This document shows, in pieces, positions 7,494 through 15,790 of a stretch of DNA of 21,560 bases. Source of the stretch: Promethearchaeota archaeon (GTDB lineage Archaea > Asgardarchaeota > Lokiarchaeia > Sigyniarchaeales > SOKP01); NCBI GenBank assembly GCA_019058015.1, contig JAHLWH010000135.1, forward strand, positions 1 to 21,560. The letters run 5' to 3'. Position 1 is the stretch's first letter. Each line of letters starts with the position of its first letter. The notes under the pieces are model-generated. The model was given only the letters and a program-made list of their open reading frames with translations. It made no database searches and was not told the origin of the DNA. Made by a program: the position numbers and the translations under genes.

Positions 7494-8129
7494 TTAATTT
7501 TCCTCTTTTTTTAAAATTAAAAAATTCTGTTCTTTACGTAAACCTGGATTGTCTTGAACTAAAAAGCCATTAAAACCTGCTGATTTGAAATATCTCATAA
7601 GTAATTTAGTATCAACTTCTGTTTCGGGATAAAATTCTAAAATTACTCTTCCATTATTATTTAAAACTTCTTTAAAAATTTTAACAGTTTGCTGTAAAAT
7701 CTTATTTTTTTCATTATTATCTAAAATATCTTCATAAATAAAGTTAAATGAAGAGACAGAAATAATATGGTCAATTTTATTTTCTCTTATCGGTAAATTC
7801 CGAATATCAGCCAAAATCAAATTTGAAGTTTCAATGTTTTTTTTCCGAAATAGATCTATCATATCTGGTAGAATATCAATACTAATAACATTAAATCCCT
7901 CTTCAAGTATGATTTCTGTCGTAAAACCAGTTCCACAGCCTAAATCTAATAATAATAGCTCATCATTATTAAAATCTGAAAAATCACCTAATTTAGAATC
8001 AAATAATAAATCTAAACATCTAGCTGAAGTTGTTTTTTGATTTCGCTCCATCCATTTAGATGAGTTATATTCTATTGCTTGATCTTCGATATATGAGTCT
8101 GGAAATTTAGGGCGCTCTTTTTTTACCAT
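7494..8129 (-). CDS. Class I SAM-dependent methyltransferase, Bud23/WBSCR22-like (candidate SSU rRNA m7G methyltransferase)
   Basis: Motif I LLDLGCGTG, IDI.PDM, AD...LPIR...D..ISVS. Bud23-like N-terminus (P..Y....A..Y.......Q.....R.LDLL) and C-terminus (GRVILEFYP...AGF.G.LV.D.P...K..FLIL). Confidence 0.8.
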   Translation of the reverse strand: MVKKERPKFPDSYIEDQAIEYNSSKWMERNQKTTSARCLDLLFDSKLGDFSDFNNDELLLLDLGCGTGFTTEIILEEGFNVISIDILPDMIDLFRKKNIETSNLILADIRNLPIRENKIDHIISVSSFNFIYEDILDNNEKNKILQQTVKIFKEVLNNNGRVILEFYPETEVDTKLLMRYFKSAGFNGFLVQDNPGLRKEQNFLILKKEEN

Positions 8130-8350
8130 ATGTGTTATCTATATAAAGAAAGCATATAAAAATATTAATTTATTTCTATCTTCTCTTACAATTTATCCAT
8201 TATCTTCTTTTTTTTAATAAATATTATATTTCTTCAAAATTTACCTTTCATCTTTCAATTATTGGAAATAACTAATGATATTAAAAACGGTTTGGGGAAA
8301 ATTTCATCCAATTTTGCACTTATGAATGAAAATCGCTAAAAAAAATTAAA

Positions 8351-8782
8351 TTATCTTCTTTTATACAATCCAATAAGTTCTGCTGACTCAATAGTATGTT
8401 TTTTTACATGTTCTATAAAATGTTTTTTATTATCTCGTTCAAATTTTTCCACGTCAAGAGCATATACTCTGAAAAAATATCTATGTGTTCCGCTTGGAGG
8501 GCAAGGGCCACCATAAGATGTTTTTCTAAAATCATTTGTGACTTCAACTCCTGGAACTGGACCGCCTTGTGGTATTTCATTTACATCAGCAGGAATATTT
8601 TGAATATACCAGTGTATCCAATCTCCTATTGGCGCATCAGGATCATTACAAGAAATTGCAAAACTTTTAGTATCATCAGGAACATCATCCCACTTTAAAT
8701 GGGGTGAAATATCCTCTCCATCACAAGTAAATTTACTATCCATCATTTCATTGTGTTTAAAATCATTACTTATAAGTTTCAT
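8351..8782 (-). CDS. YbhB/YbcL-family (PEBP / Raf kinase inhibitor-like) protein
   Basis: FTCDGEDISP.L.W, DPDAP..W.HW, YGGPCPP.G.HRY.F.VYALD. Confidence 0.95.
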   Translation of the reverse strand: MKLISNDFKHNEMMDSKFTCDGEDISPHLKWDDVPDDTKSFAISCNDPDAPIGDWIHWYIQNIPADVNEIPQGGPVPGVEVTNDFRKTSYGGPCPPSGTHRYFFRVYALDVEKFERDNKKHFIEHVKKHTIESAELIGLYKRR

Positions 8783-8830
8783 AAAATAAATCTAGGTTTA
8801 TTTTGTATTTAATAATTCTTACAGTTCAAT

Positions 8831-8870
8831 GAAAAAAAAGAAACTGAAAAAAAAAAGGGGATCAAAAAAA
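8831..8870 (-). terminator. Oligo-T tracts downstream of the GH172 gene (archaeal-type terminator candidate)
   Basis: The minus strand reads several T runs of 6-10 nt immediately after the stop at 8871. Confidence 0.4.
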
Positions 8871-10067
8871 TTAAAGAAAAGCGATGAAAAGAAACCACCA
8901 AACTAATAAGAACAAAATTAGAAGACAGAGAGTCTTTCTTATCATATGAACAATATGAGTTCGAGGTTTTCGCCCCTCTCGATCTAATAATTTTGGAAAA
9001 AGGCTATGATCGTGAGGTTCTTTTTGATACCAATAAGCGGTAGAGGACCAGTCATCACTACGGTGGTTATCATGCCCATGTTCTATAGTTACCTTAATTT
9101 CCTTGTTGAAATAGACGGGATCTTCTATATGATAACGATAATAAGAGATTTTACCCCACCAATTAAATCCTCCAGGCATAATTGTTCCATGATAGGGAGC
9201 GGATTGTTGCTCTCTGGGGCAGAAAGCTTGGTTTACATAATCCTCTGTTCCGGTTCCATATAGTGTTGGTTTTCCTTTTTTAATATCATCATCTATGAAG
9301 ATCATATCATCTCCTTCACCCGGCCAGTTTATAAAATTTGGCATAAACGTAATGTTATCAATATCTAGATGACAGCCACAATAATGCCCCTTTCCTTTAG
9401 CCTCAAGGATCATATAATTTTCTTTAAGTGGGTTTAGATTTTTTCCACCAAATACATTAAATTTGGTAGGGTTTAAACGTGAATACTTTTCTCCTGTTTC
9501 TCTATCTCTCCATGTCCCATCCGTTGGATTTTGCCGTCTCCATTGAGCATGAAATCGACCATATTCATCTTCATTTTCAAATCCGTTCTCATAAATTTCA
9601 TAATCTATGTAATAATATATTCGAAAAGTTTTAGGATTATCGTTTTCGAGAGTAATTCTAAACCCTTTTGAAAAAGGCATTGGCCACCAGCAATTAAACC
9701 CTTTTCCTCCTTGAGGTGACATTTGAAGTGGTAATGATACAAAATTCTTTTTTTTACCATGACCCAAACCAAAAAAATCACCAATTGGAACTTCTACACT
9801 GGGCTCATCATCTGGTTCTCCATCCCAATACATTCTTACTATTGCATTCCTAAGATAATATTTTACAAACAGACATGCGGTTGTACACCAAATATGCTTA
9901 ATACATCCCGCCCCTTGAAATTCAGCTATAGTATAGATTTCTCCAGGTTTTATATCTACCCAATCTTTATTACCACCAGTTCGATCATAACTAGATATTC
10001 GAGCTCTTTTAATTGAATCTGGTCGGAGTTTTGCAATATCATTTAAACTAGATTTTCCCAAATTCAT
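8871..10067 (-). CDS. DUF2961 / glycoside hydrolase family 172 protein with a C-terminal transmembrane helix
   Basis: SSYDRTGGN.D, G.GCI.HIW.T, YWDGE..PSVEVP.GDFFG, NCWWPMPF, catalytic-Glu motifs W.GEGD and GTGTEDY, YRYHI.DPV.F, IEHGH.N; hydrophobic C-terminus LCLLILFLLVWWFLFIAFL. Confidence 0.9.
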   Translation of the reverse strand: MNLGKSSLNDIAKLRPDSIKRARISSYDRTGGNKDWVDIKPGEIYTIAEFQGAGCIKHIWCTTACLFVKYYLRNAIVRMYWDGEPDDEPSVEVPIGDFFGLGHGKKKNFVSLPLQMSPQGGKGFNCWWPMPFSKGFRITLENDNPKTFRIYYYIDYEIYENGFENEDEYGRFHAQWRRQNPTDGTWRDRETGEKYSRLNPTKFNVFGGKNLNPLKENYMILEAKGKGHYCGCHLDIDNITFMPNFINWPGEGDDMIFIDDDIKKGKPTLYGTGTEDYVNQAFCPREQQSAPYHGTIMPGGFNWWGKISYYRYHIEDPVYFNKEIKVTIEHGHDNHRSDDWSSTAYWYQKEPHDHSLFPKLLDREGRKPRTHIVHMIRKTLCLLILFLLVWWFLFIAFL

Positions 10068-10193
10068 AATTATAAATCAACACTTAATTTTAAAAACATT
10101 TTTTACATTTAAATATTTAATCTCTTGGATTATTGAATATAATTATATATTTCTAAATGTTTAAATAATTTTAGAACATTATCCAATTCAATA

Positions 10194-13100
10194 ATGTCTA
10201 AAAAGCAAACAGTTATTTTGGTTTTTATTGGCATTTTGATACTATTAAATTCATTTCTATTAGCTACAGCTTTTATTCTATTCCCAGAAAACTGGGGTTT
10301 TACTCGCTATATAATTTTTATACATCCAGATGAAGAGGAGAATAATAATGGGTATTTCATAATTATTGATGAACTTATGCCTAAAACCCAATTATTTGAC
10401 ATCGATTGGGTTTTGCACGGGAGAGGTAATCTTACTGTTAGCGAAAATTTTCAAACTCTGAGTTATTCCACTCAAAGTTATATTTCAAATGATATAATCT
10501 CATTAAATGCTTCATTTTTAAGTCCTATTCAGAAACTCACTGATCATGAAGGAATGTTTTTTCCGATTCAAAATTATGAAGGAGAAGATAAGAACCAAAT
10601 ATATATTAAAGCTAAATATTCGGGTATGACTAACCCACTAATGGGAACTGTTTTATATCCTAATAATGAATCAGATTCATCTACTTCTGTTCCGTTTATA
10701 TCTACTGTAGATACTAATACTATTGGCCAAATTGGTTTATCTGATTTGATATACTATCAAGACCAAGGAATTACAAGAACTTTTTCCAATCCTAATGATA
10801 TAAAATCGGATGCTAAAATATTTTTCATTCATAAAAACGAACTTGATCTAATTAACTATTTTTTTGTCCAAGATTCTTCGAAATTGTCATTTGAAAATAA
10901 AAATTATTTTGAAAGCTCTGAACCTGTTATCAATCTTTTGATCAATTATGAGAATTGCCCAAATGAAATTACAGGTATTATCAATATTGATCTTCACCGC
11001 TCATTAATTGAAGAGGAATTGGAAGAACCCGAACAAATTTCAATTTATGTCCCTTTTGAGGTATCAAGCTTAATAATTGATGGAGTTAATACTTCATTTG
11101 TATCAGAAAGTTCATTAATAAAATTTGACCTTAAGGATAGTTGCTCCTTCATAATAAGTAAAGATACATTAAGCGAAGATGTAGAATACATAGAAAAAAA
11201 TCCTCTAAAAATCTCAGAAAGTTATGATTCTTTCCCAGATGATACGATATGGCAATTTAATTCTTCGAAAATAATTGAATTGGAACATTTAGATCATCCC
11301 TATCTTCTATTTAATGCAATAGAATTAGAGAGTCTAAAAGAAAAAATTTTTAATTCTAAAAACCCTTGGAATTCTTCATATTCTTTATACGCATCCGATG
11401 TAGAAACACTAGTCAATACTGATATAAATATATGGGATGAAGATCAAAGAATTGATCCTATAAGAAAACTATCTTTAAAGTTTGCAATTCAGGGTGGTCA
11501 AAATTATTTAAAAAAAATAAAAGAGATTTTATTAGATATGGGTAACATAGAAAACAATTATACAATGGATCTCAAGCGATCATATGCTGTTCAAGCATAT
11601 GCAATAGCTTATGATATTATCTATAAAAATATATCTGCATCTGAGAGAGTTCAAATTGAAGATCTTTTAGAAAATCATGCTCAACCATTATCTAATATGG
11701 ATTTATACCCAGAAAATAATCATTGTGTTGTTAATGCAGGTGGTTTGGGATTAGCGGGGCTAATCTTAAAAAATAATGAATTTATTGATATAGCAACAGA
11801 AGCCATTTTAACATATTTATATGAAAAAAATAGACCGGATGGTGGTTCTTATGAAGGTCAAAGTTATCTCGCATTTGCTTATCTTAACTCAATTGAATTT
11901 ATGTATGCTCTAAATAGATTAAATGCATATAATTTCTTTAATAATTCGCGATTTCAAAACAGCTTGGATTTTATGGCTCATTGCCTAAATCCACTTGCAA
12001 CAACTCCTCTATATGAAGATGCTACTACTTCAGGATATGCCAACGAAGTTTTATTGATTTCAGCATCTCAAATTTCTAATCTACATCGCGCTAAAGAATA
12101 TCAATGGCTATGGGAACATAGAAAAAACAATACTGACTTAGTGGGATTAAATGAATATAATTATTTATTAAGATCTTTTCCAAATTTTCGAAGTATAGTT
12201 TGTTATGATGTTAATGAGAAAATTGAACCAATAAAACCAGAGTATGCAAGTGATGTTTATAAAGATTCTAATATGGCTTTCTTGCGTTCAGGTTATTCAA
12301 CTGATTCCATTTTTTTATCATTTACATGTAAAAATTATATACAAAGTCATCCCCATTATGATGAAAACTCCTTTGAGTTGTGGGCCTATGGCGCATGGTT
12401 AGCAATAAATCCTGGATATCCTGGATGGGGTAATGAAGGTCATGATTATACAATTAGTACTGAGGCATCAAATACCCTAATAATAAATAATAAAGGACAA
12501 TTAAATAGAATGGCCAGTGGGTTTAAATCTGCTATTACTTCCCCATATTTTGATATGATTCAAGCAGATGCAACTCGTGCTTATAATTCCCCTGGTTCAA
12601 TGGCTGAATCAATTCAGGTTTATCTATTAATAATATTAATTTTTTCATTTCTTGGAATTAGTACTATTTTAATTTTAAATGCAAAAATTTCAATTCGAAA
12701 AAGACTTGAAAGAGGTGATGAGCATCCGGAGCTATTTGAATTACAAAATATCTCTATTATTAAAGATAGAGTTTTGAAATCTAATAAATACACTTTAGTA
12801 AATTTTCTTGAGGATATTTTCATGGCTCCAAAGGCTGTCCAAAAAAGAATTTTCTTCAGAGAACAAAAATCTAATCTCAGAATTTTAAATCTGATTATAA
12901 GTGGAGTGATTACTTTTTTTATGTTTTTATATCTTCTCTACATTGCAAGCAAAATTAATTTTCATTTACTTTATTATGAAGAGCAATATGATTTTTTCTT
13001 GAAATTTATTCCACTTGCAGAATTAATTCTTATTCCATTAATTTTAATTTTAACTTTTATTGCATACTATGCATTTATTAGACTTTTCGCTAAAATTTGT

Positions 13101-13571
13101 AATTATATATGCTCTAATTGTGATCCACAATTTCCAGACTATCGAAGACAACTTAAAAATACGATTTCAGTTAGTTTAGCTTGGCAATTATTAATCTTAG
13201 GAGTAGCATCAATTTATATTTGGTTTACTATTATGTGGGGTATTGGATTCTTTATCCATGATTTATTTCAGAGTATTGAAGGAATTAATGAAGTCGTCTA
13301 TCATCTATTTAAATTAATAAGTCAAGCAATATTGGTATTGGGAATAATAGTTGCATTTGAAATGTTATTTTTTACAATAACAGTACAATCGATAGGTTAT
13401 TCCATCTCAATAATGTCTGAGGCTAGAATTAAACAAAGAGATGGAGCAAAAATTACTATAGCAACTATTTTAATTATTCTATGCATAATTTTTATGATCA
13501 TTTTAATTATATTTTTATCATTTACTTATTTTACTTCAATATTAGGTATTGAAGAATTAACCGGAGGCTAA
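10194..13571 (+). CDS. Large membrane-anchored heparinase II/III-like (PL12/15/17-type fold) protein, apparently circularly permuted, with a C-terminal multi-pass membrane region
   Basis: HPYLLF...EL..LKEKI, NNH, DGG.YEG..Y, LRSG, HPHYD.NSF.L...G..L.I.PGY, SNT..IN...Q and DAT.AY motifs; FTRYI.F...YFII.DEL...DW.LH at the N-terminus; one N-terminal TM and about 6 C-terminal hydrophobic segments. Confidence 0.8.
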   Translation: MSKKQTVILVFIGILILLNSFLLATAFILFPENWGFTRYIIFIHPDEEENNNGYFIIIDELMPKTQLFDIDWVLHGRGNLTVSENFQTLSYSTQSYISNDIISLNASFLSPIQKLTDHEGMFFPIQNYEGEDKNQIYIKAKYSGMTNPLMGTVLYPNNESDSSTSVPFISTVDTNTIGQIGLSDLIYYQDQGITRTFSNPNDIKSDAKIFFIHKNELDLINYFFVQDSSKLSFENKNYFESSEPVINLLINYENCPNEITGIINIDLHRSLIEEELEEPEQISIYVPFEVSSLIIDGVNTSFVSESSLIKFDLKDSCSFIISKDTLSEDVEYIEKNPLKISESYDSFPDDTIWQFNSSKIIELEHLDHPYLLFNAIELESLKEKIFNSKNPWNSSYSLYASDVETLVNTDINIWDEDQRIDPIRKLSLKFAIQGGQNYLKKIKEILLDMGNIENNYTMDLKRSYAVQAYAIAYDIIYKNISASERVQIEDLLENHAQPLSNMDLYPENNHCVVNAGGLGLAGLILKNNEFIDIATEAILTYLYEKNRPDGGSYEGQSYLAFAYLNSIEFMYALNRLNAYNFFNNSRFQNSLDFMAHCLNPLATTPLYEDATTSGYANEVLLISASQISNLHRAKEYQWLWEHRKNNTDLVGLNEYNYLLRSFPNFRSIVCYDVNEKIEPIKPEYASDVYKDSNMAFLRSGYSTDSIFLSFTCKNYIQSHPHYDENSFELWAYGAWLAINPGYPGWGNEGHDYTISTEASNTLIINNKGQLNRMASGFKSAITSPYFDMIQADATRAYNSPGSMAESIQVYLLIILIFSFLGISTILILNAKISIRKRLERGDEHPELFELQNISIIKDRVLKSNKYTLVNFLEDIFMAPKAVQKRIFFREQKSNLRILNLIISGVITFFMFLYLLYIASKINFHLLYYEEQYDFFLKFIPLAELILIPLILILTFIAYYAFIRLFAKICNYICSNCDPQFPDYRRQLKNTISVSLAWQLLILGVASIYIWFTIMWGIGFFIHDLFQSIEGINEVVYHLFKLISQAILVLGIIVAFEMLFFTITVQSIGYSISIMSEARIKQRDGAKITIATILIILCIIFMIILIIFLSFTYFTSILGIEELTGG

Positions 13572-13630
13572 AGAAAAAATATTATAATTAAAAGTTTATA
13601 ACTAAAGTTTTAAAGATTTATACTTAATAG

Positions 13631-13885
13631 TCAGAGTATTTTCATATTAGATTTTTCCTGCCTTAGCTTTTCTAAATCGAATTGTATTTTCCTTTTATTC
13701 AAATAAATCTTAATTATAAATATTATAGACAGTATTAAAAAAACACTCCAAAAAATGAACGCTGGAATATATCTTAAAAGCTCCCTATAATCGGTTATTA
13801 TTAATGTATAAATTAAGCTAAATAACGATATTATTGAACAAGTAATACTGCAAATTCCATCAAGTAAATCATCTTTTTCATACAT
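13631..13885 (-). CDS. Small two-TM membrane protein
   Basis: Two hydrophobic segments followed by a basic tail (NKRK); ATG start. Confidence 0.6.
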   Translation of the reverse strand: MYEKDDLLDGICSITCSIISLFSLIYTLIITDYRELLRYIPAFIFWSVFLILSIIFIIKIYLNKRKIQFDLEKLRQEKSNMKIL

Positions 13886-14071
13886 TATTCATCTTACTGT
13901 AATTTAAAAATTTTTTTTAGAAAAAATAAATCAAAAACCATTTAAAATTTTATTTCTTTATTTGAAATCATTTTTAATTAAATAGAAAAAATTTAATTAT
14001 GGTAATTAGATGTTTAATGAAAAATTAATTAATATAGACAGACTACTTAATTTTCCTAAAATGTTTTGTCT

Positions 14072-14269
14072 TTAACGATTATTTTTTTTTTTATAATATA
14101 CAATATATAAAATAATTAGAGAAACTCCAAAAATAATTGAAATTATTACCCAAAAATAAATTTCAATAATATTATCATTCAAAATAGCGTCTATAGTTTT
14201 ATAGATGGGGAATATTAAAAATAAAGTTAATAATAGAATTCTTTTCTCAAACTTACTTCTATAACTCAT
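14072..14269 (-). CDS. Small two-TM membrane protein
   Basis: Basic N-terminus, two hydrophobic segments and a basic tail (KKKNNR). Confidence 0.6.
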   Translation of the reverse strand: MSYRSKFEKRILLLTLFLIFPIYKTIDAILNDNIIEIYFWVIISIIFGVSLIILYIVYYKKKNNR

Positions 14270-14388
14270 TTTATAATATAATAATAACTCTTTAAATTTA
14301 TTATAATTTAATATAAAAATATAAAATTTTAAATAATCAAACTTTATTTAGATTTAATTAAATTTCAGATTAAAAAGTGCAAAATAAT

Positions 14389-15237
14389 ATGTCGGAAGAA
14401 AAAATATTAAGAATCGGAATTTTGAAGAATGGGACGATAGGCTCATCACTTCTTCTTGCATTTTTAATGGACGAAAGAGCTGAAGGTACTAAAATTGATG
14501 TTAGAGAAGTAACATCTGGAGCTAAAATGCATCCCCCTGAACACTGTATAGAAACTATGAAAAAATTGCTTGAATTTGAACCTGAATTAATTATAATGTC
14601 AAGTCCAAATGCTGCTCTCAAGGGCCCACAAGCCGCACGAGAATTAGCAAAGGGAATTCCTACAATTATTATTTCAGATGCCCCGGCAAAGAAAGCAATA
14701 GATGAAATTAAAGAAAAAAATATGGGATATATTTTAATAAATTGTGATAGTATGATTGGAGCCCGCAGGCCATTTTTAGATCCAATCGAAATGAGTGCTT
14801 TTAATGCAGATCTTTTAAAGGTATTAGCTATAACAGGAGTTTTAACAATAATTACAAAAGAACTTAATAAAGTAATCATGGACATGTTAGAGGGAAGGTA
14901 CCCAACATTACCTCAAATGATAATAGATAACGCAATGGCTACAGAGGCAGCCGAGTTTTCAAATCCATATGCTAAAGCAAAAGCTATAGCAGCCTTCGAA
15001 TTAGCAAGTCAAGTTTCTAGATTAACAGGTAGGGCATGTTTTGTATTAAAAGAAAGAACAGAATATATGCCTTTATTAGCTGCCGCCCATGAAATGATGA
15101 GGACTGCTGCACAACTTTGTGATGAAGTGAGAGAAATAGAAAAATCAAATGACTCTGTAGTAAGAATTCCGCATAATGCCAAGCAATACCTGATGAAGAA
15201 GGTTAAATTATTGGAAAAAGAAATCCAACTTGAATAA
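14389..15237 (+). CDS. mtd: F420-dependent methylene-tetrahydromethanopterin dehydrogenase
   Basis: IGILK.G.IG, DERA, SGAKM.P, SPNAAL.GP..AR, D.MIGARR.FLDP.EM..FNAD..KVL, FSNPYAKAKA.AA, AAAHEMMR.AA.L.DE.REIEK.ND.V.R.PH. The start is probably ATG 14389 rather than GTG 14377. Confidence 0.95.
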   Translation: MSEEKILRIGILKNGTIGSSLLLAFLMDERAEGTKIDVREVTSGAKMHPPEHCIETMKKLLEFEPELIIMSSPNAALKGPQAARELAKGIPTIIISDAPAKKAIDEIKEKNMGYILINCDSMIGARRPFLDPIEMSAFNADLLKVLAITGVLTIITKELNKVIMDMLEGRYPTLPQMIIDNAMATEAAEFSNPYAKAKAIAAFELASQVSRLTGRACFVLKERTEYMPLLAAAHEMMRTAAQLCDEVREIEKSNDSVVRIPHNAKQYLMKKVKLLEKEIQLE

Positions 15238-15451
15238 TTCATAACTACATATCTCTCTTCAAAAATCCCCAAAATTTTTGATATAAGATTAAACTAATGC
15301 TTTTTTAAAGTCCAGTAAATAAAGAACTTTTTTTTTACTTTTTTTATTCCATAAACAAAATAAAATAAAAATAAAAATAAAAAATACATAATATTAAGTT
15401 TTTATAACATCTAGTGTTATTATATTATTAATAAAATTATGTCGTTCTTTT

Positions 15452-15667
15452 ATGACTGCGCCCAACAGCCCTATTACTACTAAAAAGAATATATGTTTTT
15501 TATGTAAAAAAAAATTTAGCCTGGATATGCTATATTACTGTTTTTGTGATATTGTTATATGTCAAGATTGTATATCCAAGCATTGCCAAAAAGAAGATTA
15601 TTGGGTTTGTCCAAACTGTCAAATGGAATTAAAAATAGCGGATTCAAAGTTAATTCGTACAGATTGA
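15452..15667 (+). CDS. Stand-alone small RING-finger protein, C4C4 type
   Basis: C-x2-C-x11-C-x-C-x4-C-x2-C-x12-C-x2-C (CFLC...CFC.IVICQDC...WVCPNCQ). Confidence 0.75.
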   Translation: MTAPNSPITTKKNICFLCKKKFSLDMLYYCFCDIVICQDCISKHCQKEDYWVCPNCQMELKIADSKLIRTD

Positions 15668-15790
15668 AATTCAAATTAAAAAAGTTAATATATTTTTTCT
15701 AAAAACACATAAAAGAATAAGGCTATGATGAGATTTAGATAAATAAGACATATTAATTTTGAATGATTGAATCTGAGGAAGTCTGAGCCA

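Noticed and set aside
5040-10016. ORF-track entries 5040-5309, 5848-6048, 6924-7112, 7259-7573, 7834-8040, 8396-8698, 9006-9263 and 9759-10016
   Set aside because: They overlap well-supported genes on the opposite strand or in another frame and have no recognisable motifs.
15350-15390. TAAAA(A) tandem-like run after mtd
   Set aside because: Short low-complexity A tract with no spacers; not a CRISPR or a meaningful repeat.
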